64,000 nt of DNA from Clostridium sp. (lineage in GTDB: Bacteria; Bacillota; Clostridia; Clostridiales; Clostridiaceae): NCBI RefSeq assembly GCF_036569345.1, contig NZ_DATCQT010000090.1:4201-68200 (forward strand), read 5' to 3'. Position numbers and translations under genes: made by a program. Below the pieces are notes generated by a model. It searched no databases. It was not told the DNA's origin and saw only the letters and a list, made by a program, of their open reading frames with translations. Positions 38,440-47,165 of this stretch are shown here, in pieces (the first letter of the stretch is position 1; every line of letters begins with the position of its first letter).

Positions 38440-40140
38440 CTAATTAATTTCAAAAGTGAAATAATATCCATTTTTAATGCCTTTGCCATTTATGCTTAGA
38501 ACTTTCTCACTAATATAAACGACATATTGCTCACCTATTTCAAATTTATTTATTGGAATTATAGTTATTACTGTTCCATTACAATATACGTTAAAATCAA
38601 TCGAGTTCCCTTTTGAATCTTTCATGGAAATATTATTAGTAGTAACAGTTTTCTCATCAATTGTTTGGTTTAATTTAATGTCCCATTTTTTACTAGTATC
38701 TTTAGTTGATAAAAATGGACTATCTGTTAGTGACGGAAATTTACTTCGTGCTATATTATCTTGAATTGATTTTAAAATAGACTCTAATTTAGTTTGCAAT
38801 GTAGTCTTATCCCCACCACTCTTCAAATCACTTACAACAGCTAAAGCGACCTTGTAATTTCCCATAGTTGGTAATAGATATACCGTAGCTGTAAGGCTAG
38901 TAGCATTAACTATTTTTTGATACTCTACCTGTGTTTCATTAGTAATGTCATTTTGTACTAAATCTAATCTAAAAGTTAAAGCTGTTCTATTTTCACCAGT
39001 TGGCAAAGCATTTACTAAAACGCTAGCCGAGTCAACATCTACTTGCAATTTAGAGGTTTCTGCTTTAACTACTGCGTTCGTTGCAACTGCTAAATCATCA
39101 TCTATTACATATAAAGTCGTATGAGAAGTTGTGCTCATAATAGGTGGACTAATTGTTGTACGTTCATAATTTGATGAAATAGTTGCTACGTCATTGTAAT
39201 CATAGCCAACAGCAATATGCTCTGCTGGGTTAAGAGCTTTACCGAAATAATTCATTAACTCCCCATCTGATACTGCAGCTCCTGAAGAAAATTCTACAGT
39301 TGGTTCAGCAATGGTCCATCCGTAGTTAGGAAAGTAAACTTCTGCCCACATATGGAGCAATTGTGTTAAATCAACCGAGGTGCTATCACCAGGTTGCCAA
39401 TTTCTATATCCACTTACTGTTCTAGAAGGAATTCCACTTGCTCTACACAAAGCAACAAATAACTTAGAATAGTCTTCGCATACACCTTGTTTATAAGTCA
39501 ATGCACTTAAAGCACCTTTGTTCGCATATTTTGGGTCTAAGTTATATGTCATACTTGTATTAACAAATCTAAATATTGCAAAAGCTTTATCATAAATATT
39601 AGTAATGCCATTGGTTAAAATCTTAGCTTTTGCCTGTATTCCTGCATTATTCGTTTCCACACCAGTATCTGCTTTTAAATATTCCGTATAATTAGGTAAT
39701 CCACTATAATCAGACGTAATTGTAGACTTGTCTATATTATAGTCAATCGTACCTGTTGTAAAAGTTCTTTCAATAGTTATAGAATGTGAAGTGTTGGGTG
39801 TTATGCTACTTATTATGTCTGTTAATGTGTAGATACCATTTAAATCTTTAGTTATTGTTCCTTCAGACGCTTTAAAATCACTTACATTTATCATATAAGA
39901 AGAAAACAAATCAGTTCCTAATATTATTGTTGCTTTTGTATTTAATAAATTCCCACTATCCCCACTCTTAGTATTACTAATATCATAGGTATTGACCAGA
40001 TTATACTTTTTTAATAAATCTAATGTCGGATCTGTTGCACCAAACGTTACAGCTGTTATTCCAATAGTCAGGATTAATGTTATCGTTAGCATGAATATCA
40101 TTTTTAATATTTTTGATACTTTAAATATTTTTTTATTCAT
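38440..40140 (-). CDS. Exported transglutaminase-like protein with C-terminal Ig-like (Big_5) domain
   Basis: GVCEDYSKLFVALCRASGIPSR, HMWAEVY; C-terminal KKWDIKLNQTIDEKTV. Confidence 0.87.
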   Translation of the reverse strand: MNKKIFKVSKILKMIFMLTITLILTIGITAVTFGATDPTLDLLKKYNLVNTYDISNTKSGDSGNLLNTKATIILGTDLFSSYMINVSDFKASEGTITKDLNGIYTLTDIISSITPNTSHSITIERTFTTGTIDYNIDKSTITSDYSGLPNYTEYLKADTGVETNNAGIQAKAKILTNGITNIYDKAFAIFRFVNTSMTYNLDPKYANKGALSALTYKQGVCEDYSKLFVALCRASGIPSRTVSGYRNWQPGDSTSVDLTQLLHMWAEVYFPNYGWTIAEPTVEFSSGAAVSDGELMNYFGKALNPAEHIAVGYDYNDVATISSNYERTTISPPIMSTTSHTTLYVIDDDLAVATNAVVKAETSKLQVDVDSASVLVNALPTGENRTALTFRLDLVQNDITNETQVEYQKIVNATSLTATVYLLPTMGNYKVALAVVSDLKSGGDKTTLQTKLESILKSIQDNIARSKFPSLTDSPFLSTKDTSKKWDIKLNQTIDEKTVTTNNISMKDSKGNSIDFNVYCNGTVITIIPINKFEIGEQYVVYISEKVLSINGKGIKNGYYFTFEIN

Positions 40141-40346
40141 TTTTCCATCCCCAATTCTGTTATAGTTAATTTATTTCGATGGTTTTATTTTAGCTATTAA
40201 TTAAGTCATGAACTTTAATAATATTAGATTTGTCAATATGCTCTACATTGTTATTATTATCGTTGAAAAATTATTATTCTTTATATATATTATTTAAAAA
40301 AATATTATTTGAGATGATTAAATCCATAAGAGTATTTACCATAATT

Positions 40347-40880
40347 CTACATAAGAGCTTTCAGTTTCTCCAGTGCTTTTTTCTTAATTCTTAACAACTG
40401 ATAGTAGCTTTTATCACTATCACAGGCAACTTCCGAAAGGGGCTTTCCCAAAACATAAAACCCATCTATTATTGTACGCTCTAAGGGATCAAGAGTATCA
40501 AGAGCCACATTTAATTTTTTCACTTCCGCATAAGCTATCACTTCATCTTCTAAGGTAAATTCATAATTTCCTGCAGTATCGAAGTCTAACATATCATTGT
40601 TTGGGACTTCTCTAAAATGTTTTATTTCCCCTTTCAAAAGGGCTTTGAAATTCAATCTTATAGCATTTATACAATAGCCATTAAAGCTGTTGCTACCTAA
40701 TTTATACATCGCTATGGCTTTTACAACTGAAAGATAACCATGCTGAATTAAGTCTTCTAGTTCATATCCTGGAATGTGATATCTTGAAGCCTCTTTGATT
40801 ATTAGATACTTGAATTTTTCTATTATCTCGCCCATAGCACCATTATCTTTAGTTTTAGCCTTTTCAACTAGTTTTTCCAT
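40347..40880 (-). CDS. Alternative sigma-70 family factor (SigH-like/clostridial group-5-like)
   Basis: Region 2 YELEDLIQHGYLSVVKAI..SFNGYCINAIR; region 4 LDPLERTII..LSEVA..KKKALEKL. Confidence 0.8.
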   Translation of the reverse strand: MEKLVEKAKTKDNGAMGEIIEKFKYLIIKEASRYHIPGYELEDLIQHGYLSVVKAIAMYKLGSNSFNGYCINAIRLNFKALLKGEIKHFREVPNNDMLDFDTAGNYEFTLEDEVIAYAEVKKLNVALDTLDPLERTIIDGFYVLGKPLSEVACDSDKSYYQLLRIKKKALEKLKALM

Positions 40881-40978
40881 AATATACACCCACCTTTTTA
40901 ATTTTTAATTGGATATATTCAAAGATAATTTATTAGTGCTTGTCCTAATAACTATCTTTAAATTAATCCCTTCACATA

Positions 40979-41446
40979 TTAGCCAATGAGAGGTGTAGTT
41001 TGGTAACCAGATTTATTTAAAAGTTTTCTCAGCTTGTTAAGAACCTTCTTATTCCTTTTAACAATAGCTACATGTGAAACGTTTTCATTTTTTGCGATTT
41101 CTCTAACTGTAAGTTTTTTATAGTAAACATTTTTTATGAAATCTTGCTCTTTAGGGTTTAGTTCTACCATAGCCTCCTGTAAAATAATAAGCATTACTTT
41201 ATCGCATATAATATCTTCTATAGTTTTGTCATCTGTAAAATCTGTTCCATGCTCCATTAACCTATCAATAGAATCCTCTTTACTCGGAATAAAAGTAGTA
41301 ACCCCACTTTCTTCATTAACATCAATACGTCCAATCTTGATGTCGTTTTCCATATACCTCTCTCGTCTTGCCATTTTGTAATACTCTTTGTATATCTCCT
41401 CACTTACCTTTACTAATTCACTACCAATTTTAATAACTTTGTTCAT
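40979..41446 (-). CDS. Sigma-70 region-4 HTH protein of the type found in Firmicute integrative elements
   Basis: VSEEIYKEYYKMARRERY, LNPKEQDFI..TVREIA..SHVAIVKR; start at ATG 41446, 8 nt after GGAGG. Confidence 0.78.
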   Translation of the reverse strand: MNKVIKIGSELVKVSEEIYKEYYKMARRERYMENDIKIGRIDVNEESGVTTFIPSKEDSIDRLMEHGTDFTDDKTIEDIICDKVMLIILQEAMVELNPKEQDFIKNVYYKKLTVREIAKNENVSHVAIVKRNKKVLNKLRKLLNKSGYQTTPLIG

Positions 41447-41493
41447 TTTCATATCCTCCTTTGATTGTTTTGAGAGTTTTTTACCTGAGCAGC

Positions 41494-41595
41494 AAAAAAA
41501 AATAGCCAGGCAACAGCTAAAATTAATTAGCTGTTGTCCGGCTATTTGGTCACTCATGGTGCCATTGCTAGTCACTCATGGTGCCTTTGCTCGGT
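41494..41595 (-). promoter_or_regulatory. Attenuator-like leader element 2 (conserved box, 22-bp tandem repeat, terminator)
   Basis: Minus strand accgagcaaagg box, two 22-bp copies (41549-41570, 41571-41592), hairpin atagccggacaacagcta/tagctgttgcctggctat plus T-run. Confidence 0.7.
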
Positions 41596-41637
41596 ACGTT
41601 AATGTATTGTTCTTTCTGTTAACCCTAAAAATTAGAT

Positions 41638-41715
41638 AAAAAAAATAGCCAGATAACTACTTTAAATAAGTAGCTATCCGGCCATTTGGATGTTCACGTG
41701 ACTCCATTGCTCGGT
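41638..41715 (-). promoter_or_regulatory. Attenuator-like leader element 1 (conserved box plus terminator)
   Basis: Minus strand accgagcaatgg..ccaaatggccggatagctac/gtagttatctggctat plus T-run; homologous to element 2. Confidence 0.7.
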
Positions 41716-41724
41716 ATAAATGAA

Positions 41725-41880
41725 CTATCTTGTATATGTTTTTTTTATTGAACTTTTCTCTAAGTTAACTTTTGCTATCTTTCTGCAATAGGAACATTTA
41801 ATAGATATATCCCCATGTGCGTTCTCCTCCTTATCAAATAACCTATGGTCACAAATTGGACATTTTACTTGTTGAATCAT
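41725..41880 (-). CDS. 51-aa Com-like zinc-ribbon protein (missing from ORF track)
   Basis: Hand translation MIQQVKCPICDHRLFDKEENAHGDISIKCSYCRKIAKVNLEKSSIKKTYTR; two CxxC pairs; RBS aggggga. Confidence 0.8.
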   Translation of the reverse strand: MIQQVKCPICDHRLFDKEENAHGDISIKCSYCRKIAKVNLEKSSIKKTYTR

Positions 41881-41944
41881 GTAATTCCCCCTTTAACATA
41901 ATTTTAAAATTTATATTTTCATTTTTAAATTTATTTGTATCTCT

Positions 41945-41973
41945 ATTATACAACCGAACATGAGTTCGGTCAA
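41945..41973 (-). promoter_or_regulatory. SigA promoter TTGACC-N17-TATAAT with a LexA (Cheo/SOS) box in its spacer
   Basis: -10 at 41945-41950, -35 at 41968-41973; CGAAC-atga-GTTCG at 41955-41968. Confidence 0.85.
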
Positions 41974-42154
41974 TGCAATTTTACTTTAAATCCCATATAA
42001 AAAAATAGAAGTTGTTAATTACAAATACCACAAAGGTCACATAATTGTTTGATACTTATTACATATTTGTTTGTTATTATAAATACATAGGAAGTATATA
42101 AATTGATTTTTTTTAATTAGAGCCCCCCTTTAATTAAATAGAAATACAAAAAAC

Positions 42155-42192
42155 AAAAATAACTAGCTTAAATTAGCTAGTTATTTTTGGTT
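42155..42192. repeat. 38-bp palindromic direct repeat, left copy (terminator-like)
   Basis: aaaaataactagcttaaattagctagttatttttggtt; 37/38 identical to 47097-47134. Confidence 0.85.
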
Positions 42193-42226
42193 GAGAAAAC
42201 AGATATCTAGACCAGACGACCTAACT

Positions 42227-45200
42227 CTAACTCAAGGTTGAAGCCGCCTGATCACGGGCAAGGTCTTCAGAAAACTCAGTTTCAATAATATCTTCAGCAT
42301 AAATAATCATTTCACTTGCCGGTGGCGTAACTATAAAGTTTCTAAGCTCACATACTTCTTCTATAATAGGAGTTATTAGGTCATCGCAATATTTCTCTCT
42401 TTCACTACTTGCATATATATCACGAAGTCCTCTATCTGATAAAGTATTGTTTTCTGTTATTCTATCAATAACATATTCTATTTCATCTGTTGCAAGCAGA
42501 TAATCCTCAGCTATTTCTTGGAATACTTTATTAAATATTTCAAGCATAACATCTCCATCATTCTTTATAAATTCATTCATTGTTATCCCTACAATATTAC
42601 TACTAGCCATTCCAGCTAAAGATGCGCCCACCATACCTCCAACAAAAGTACCCACTCCTGGTATTGGTAAAATAAATGATCCAATAGCCGCCCCAGCATA
42701 AAACCCAGCAGATCCTCCCGCTACTCCTGCTGCAGTTACTGAAACATTTTTACACAACTGCTCTTTTGATATTCTACCAGCAATTAATCTCCCTATATCA
42801 GCAGAAGATAGTACAGTAGTTGTAGCTATTGAAGCTACAATATTTGATTTTAACATGTTTTTAGCCATTTTTTCTGTTATCACTTGACTTCCTTTTTTTT
42901 GTGTTGCCTTTGTAAGTACATTTCTCACATTACTACCTACTAATTTGTCTGTTACCTCAATGCTATTAATAAATACTGTTTTTGATAATTGTGATGTCAT
43001 TACTGAAGAACAAAATGCAACTCCAAAGGTTTTTACGCCTGCGTTAAGAGCCCTTTTAGATGCTTCCTCTGCACTTCCTCCACTTAATAAAGAAGTCGCA
43101 TATGATATTACAATTGTAATCCCCATAGCATTTCGGGCATTTACTATTCCGAGTTTTGAATCAACAATTAAAGAATCAATATTTCCGAATTTAGCTACAT
43201 TATATGCTTGCTTATAATCAAGTGAACTTGCCTTAACAAGATTTTTACCCTCTTCACCATATAATTCCGTCATCATCCTGATTGCATCATTAACTTTATC
43301 TTTTGGCACCTCTAAAATCATAGGTTTACCTGTGTTCTGATCAATATATTTATATTCTCCATTTTGAAGGCAATTAAATTTTAGAGCTGAATAATCTTTG
43401 CAAAATTTAGTTTGAATTAATTGACCATTCACTAATCTATCTGCACCATGTATGGCATTATTTGTGCCTAACCATTTTGCATTCTTAAATTTCAATAAAT
43501 CTGAAACATGGTCCGCATATTCAGCTGCATTACCCTGTCCTTGACTACCAAAGAAAGTACCAAAGTTTTTAGTAATATTAGCAGTACTAGCAATATTGGA
43601 TGCCTGAGTTCCAAACTTAATAGCTTTGTCTGTTGCTTCAAACTTATTTTTACCTTTTTTAATTTTGCAATTAACAAATTCATATTTTACTAATTCCGGG
43701 TAATCATTAATAATTTTATGTAACCCAATTATGTTTTTCTCTGTTGAACTCTTCCATATTAAATCATCTTCTTTTTTATCAAATTCAATAATGGTTTCAT
43801 CATATATACAATTATTGATAAGCTTAATTTTATTTAAAAACTTTTTAGTGTGATCTTTCCATTCTTTAGAATAATCATCACCCAATTCTGAAGCCTTATC
43901 AAAATACTTCTTTGCCTTAGATATATCTTTAGATATCCCTATACCATATTGATACATTAAACCAATATCCCTTAAAGCAGGTACAAACAATTTTTCAGCT
44001 GCCTTATTTATATATTCAAAAGCAATCTCATAATTAACTTCCACATAGTAATCTAATGTATGCATTAAACCGAAATAATAATATCCCTCTACTTGCTCTA
44101 GATCACATGCTCTTTTAAACAATTTAAATGCTTTTTCATTATTTATCTCTGTATGCTTCCCAAGGAAATACAATTCTCCCAGCTTTGATAATGCTAAATT
44201 ATAATTTTCCGCGCAAAGTTCATTTAAATATTCTACACCTATAGGTGCTTTATCAATAAATGTATCTATATCAACATATAGCTCTGCTATTAGATATTTG
44301 TAATACGAATTACAATCTACTCCATAGTTCAACCAATACGCTGCCTTTTGAAAATTCTGTTCACATCCATAAGCAAATCTATAACAAACCCCAATATTAG
44401 TTTTTATACTTATTGGTAGTTTGTCCTCTTGTACACTATCAATAATTAACTTATATTTAGAGAATGCTTCTGTATAATTTACATTTCTATTAATTCCTAG
44501 GAAATAAAAATTTGCAATCCAGACCTCAGATTCCACATCACCTAACTTAACACTTTCTTTAAAACATTTTTCAGCAAATGAATAATCCTTTTCACCTGTT
44601 TCACCATTATAATAAATTTCTCCAAGGATTCTGTTTGCAACTGCACTCTGTAATGAATTTAATATTTCTATAGATCTATTAATGTCTTTCTTTACATCAA
44701 TTCCAACTCTATACCTATTAGCAATTTCTATTCCAGCATAAGGATTTCCAATATCAAATTGTTGTTTAATCCACTTTATATCCTTATTTTTTAATTCTTC
44801 ACCAAATGAATTTAATATTTCTATATAATCATATCTGCAATTCGTTAAGTCATAATTATGAGGATTATTAGCAAAATCTTTGTAGAAAGTAATAATATCC
44901 TTAAGTAATAATAGGAGCTTATCTTCATTAAACACATCATTAGATATTTTTAATTTAGTACCATTTTTAAGTGTTAAATATAGATTTTTACCATCACCAT
45001 TCATATCATCTATATCTGCAAAATATACTGTGACATTTTCACCAAAATCTCTTGAATATATTCCCCAGAAAGTTAATATGCTTCCATTTTTCGCACTACC
45101 AAAAAAAGAAGATTCTGCGAATAAATAAGTTTGATCTAAAATAACATTTTTTGCATATATTTTTTTTGCCTTATTAAATTTTTCTTCATCAATATTACTT

Positions 45201-46222
45201 CTTAAATGCATAACACCTGTAGTTAATGTAGTTTGATATTTTTTGAGTATTCTATCTATATTCCCCTCAAATGTGTTATCTACTTTTTCATATTTATACA
45301 AATTATATTTAATATATAACTGTTTTATATAATCAAAAAATTCAATAAAATTTTGTAAAATTTCTTTATTGCTAGATATAAAATCTCCTTTACTAATACT
45401 AATTTCCACATCATCTCTAAGCCTTATTTTGCAAACTGTATTTTTGTTAGTTTCAGTGATTTCATTTATTTCTGATGATATATAATCCCTATAGTTTATA
45501 ATAAACTTGTTATTTGAGTACTTATAAACTATCTTGTCATATTCGAAAATTATTCCCTCCTTGCCACTTCCAAAAACTGAAAGATTCATAAAAGCCAGTA
45601 CATTCTTTTTATTAGTTTTAGGAGCAAATGCATTTATTGCATTTGCAAGTTTTACACCATTAATCTCATTTGTAAAAGTAGTTCTCTCCTTATCCATTTT
45701 AGAAATAATTGATTTAATTTTGCTAAGCTCTTCCTCAAAACATAAGAATTTCAATGCCGCACAACTATCTTCTACTTTTTCAACCTTAGTATTATCTTTC
45801 TTTATAATATGGGATATAGAAGATAAAATTTCTTTTAACACATCAATAAAGCCTTCCTCCAAAATATTTTTCATAACTAAAATAGTTCCATCTTTCTTTG
45901 TAACCAATATTTCACGTTTATCTCTAGTCTCTATTTTATCTACTTCACTAAAATAAAAGTAATAATTATCTCCGAATTCTCTTGAATAGTAACCATTTTC
46001 CGAAATAATTACTCCATTCTTTCCATTACTAAATAATGTAGTATCTACCATTAACAATACATCTTCAAACTCTACATCATTTGCATACAATGCTTGAGCA
46101 ATATTAAACTTTTTTTTATTAATATCATCACATAGTGATATTTTATAAATTTTACTAATCTTTTCTTTATTAACCTTGAGAATATCTATTATTTTTTGTT
46201 TATTACACATAATTGCCCCCAA
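42227..46222 (-). CDS. 1331-aa protein: three N-terminal ~130-aa repeats, Sel1-like repeats, YeeR-like domain, Gly/Ala-rich membrane segment
   Basis: 3x (D.TLFSNGKNG/LSVFGSGKEG/SSFFGSAKNG); SLRs such as ALRDIGLMYQYGIGISKDISKAKKYFDKASELG; GNAAE..NNAIHGADRLVNGQLIQTKFC..LEVPKD. Confidence 0.8.
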   Translation of the reverse strand: MGAIMCNKQKIIDILKVNKEKISKIYKISLCDDINKKKFNIAQALYANDVEFEDVLLMVDTTLFSNGKNGVIISENGYYSREFGDNYYFYFSEVDKIETRDKREILVTKKDGTILVMKNILEEGFIDVLKEILSSISHIIKKDNTKVEKVEDSCAALKFLCFEEELSKIKSIISKMDKERTTFTNEINGVKLANAINAFAPKTNKKNVLAFMNLSVFGSGKEGIIFEYDKIVYKYSNNKFIINYRDYISSEINEITETNKNTVCKIRLRDDVEISISKGDFISSNKEILQNFIEFFDYIKQLYIKYNLYKYEKVDNTFEGNIDRILKKYQTTLTTGVMHLRSNIDEEKFNKAKKIYAKNVILDQTYLFAESSFFGSAKNGSILTFWGIYSRDFGENVTVYFADIDDMNGDGKNLYLTLKNGTKLKISNDVFNEDKLLLLLKDIITFYKDFANNPHNYDLTNCRYDYIEILNSFGEELKNKDIKWIKQQFDIGNPYAGIEIANRYRVGIDVKKDINRSIEILNSLQSAVANRILGEIYYNGETGEKDYSFAEKCFKESVKLGDVESEVWIANFYFLGINRNVNYTEAFSKYKLIIDSVQEDKLPISIKTNIGVCYRFAYGCEQNFQKAAYWLNYGVDCNSYYKYLIAELYVDIDTFIDKAPIGVEYLNELCAENYNLALSKLGELYFLGKHTEINNEKAFKLFKRACDLEQVEGYYYFGLMHTLDYYVEVNYEIAFEYINKAAEKLFVPALRDIGLMYQYGIGISKDISKAKKYFDKASELGDDYSKEWKDHTKKFLNKIKLINNCIYDETIIEFDKKEDDLIWKSSTEKNIIGLHKIINDYPELVKYEFVNCKIKKGKNKFEATDKAIKFGTQASNIASTANITKNFGTFFGSQGQGNAAEYADHVSDLLKFKNAKWLGTNNAIHGADRLVNGQLIQTKFCKDYSALKFNCLQNGEYKYIDQNTGKPMILEVPKDKVNDAIRMMTELYGEEGKNLVKASSLDYKQAYNVAKFGNIDSLIVDSKLGIVNARNAMGITIVISYATSLLSGGSAEEASKRALNAGVKTFGVAFCSSVMTSQLSKTVFINSIEVTDKLVGSNVRNVLTKATQKKGSQVITEKMAKNMLKSNIVASIATTTVLSSADIGRLIAGRISKEQLCKNVSVTAAGVAGGSAGFYAGAAIGSFILPIPGVGTFVGGMVGASLAGMASSNIVGITMNEFIKNDGDVMLEIFNKVFQEIAEDYLLATDEIEYVIDRITENNTLSDRGLRDIYASSEREKYCDDLITPIIEEVCELRNFIVTPPASEMIIYAEDIIETEFSEDLARDQAASTLS

Positions 46223-46330
46223 TTTTCCCTAATTTACACATTATATTTTACCATACTTTATCATTTATTTATTAAACAAATTAATATCTTCAATGAACTT
46301 CATATAGTATAATAAAATCAACGCCTTAAA

Positions 46331-47104
46331 ATGAGAGGAGAAAGATTGATGTTATATATTATTAAAACCATTGCTAATTTGATTTTACCTCCAGGATGCT
46401 TGATCATTTCTCTGGTTATATATATTATTTTATATTACAAAAAAAACAAAGAATTACCTAAACTTATTGTTTTTATAACTTTACTTTTTTACATAATATC
46501 AATACCTCTTACCTCAAACTTATTAATGCATTCATTAGAATACAAATATCTACAACCTATTGAATTGGATGGAGACGTTATCGTAGTATTAGGTGGTGGA
46601 GCTACTTTAAGTTCTCCTGATTTAAGTGGTAGCGGTAATCTGTCAGGTTCTGCAGCTAATCGATTGCTATTAGCTGCCCGTATGCATATAACAACTGGAC
46701 TACCAATAATATTTTCAGGTGGCCAAGTATTTAAAACTTCTGGAAATGAAGCTGAAATCGCCAATCGTCAGTTATTAGATTTAGGATTAAGTAAAAATGC
46801 TGTGATTATGGAAAATAAAAGTCTCAACACTACTGAAAATGCAAATTTCACTAAAGTAATTTTAACAAAATATAAATACACAAACCCTATATTGTTGACA
46901 TCAGCTTTCCATATGTACCGGGCAATAATTAATTTTAATAATGCTGGAATAAAAAATCTCCAAATATATCCTTGCGATTTTACTACAAATAAAAAACTAT
47001 CTATTGGTTTTGATTCCTTTGTACCATCAGGTGCAAGTTTAAGTTCTTCTTCAGTAGCGTTGCATGAATATTTAGGTATAATTCAATTATTAATAAAAAA
47101 ATAA
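46331..47104 (+). CDS. YdcF/DUF218 family membrane protein
   Basis: IVVLGGG, IIFSGG, ENKSLNTTENA, LLTSAFHMYRA, LHEYLG. Confidence 0.9.
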   Translation: MRGERLMLYIIKTIANLILPPGCLIISLVIYIILYYKKNKELPKLIVFITLLFYIISIPLTSNLLMHSLEYKYLQPIELDGDVIVVLGGGATLSSPDLSGSGNLSGSAANRLLLAARMHITTGLPIIFSGGQVFKTSGNEAEIANRQLLDLGLSKNAVIMENKSLNTTENANFTKVILTKYKYTNPILLTSAFHMYRAIINFNNAGIKNLQIYPCDFTTNKKLSIGFDSFVPSGASLSSSSVALHEYLGIIQLLIKK

Positions 47105-47134
47105 CTAGCTTAATTTAGCTAGTTATTTTTGGTT
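47097..47134. repeat. 38-bp palindromic direct repeat, right copy (terminator-like)
   Basis: aaaaataactagcttaatttagctagttatttttggtt. Confidence 0.85.
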
Positions 47135-47165
47135 TTATCTATTTGTTCAATAGCATTACTTAAAC

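Noticed and set aside
38440-40140. Toxin or bacteriocin target of the upstream sigma factors
   Set aside because: The product is a transglutaminase-like surface protein, and no convincing TcdR/BotR-type promoter was found upstream.
41447-41575. N-terminal extension of the 198-aa ORF
   Set aside because: It runs through the terminator/repeat leader; the well-spaced RBS supports ATG 41446.
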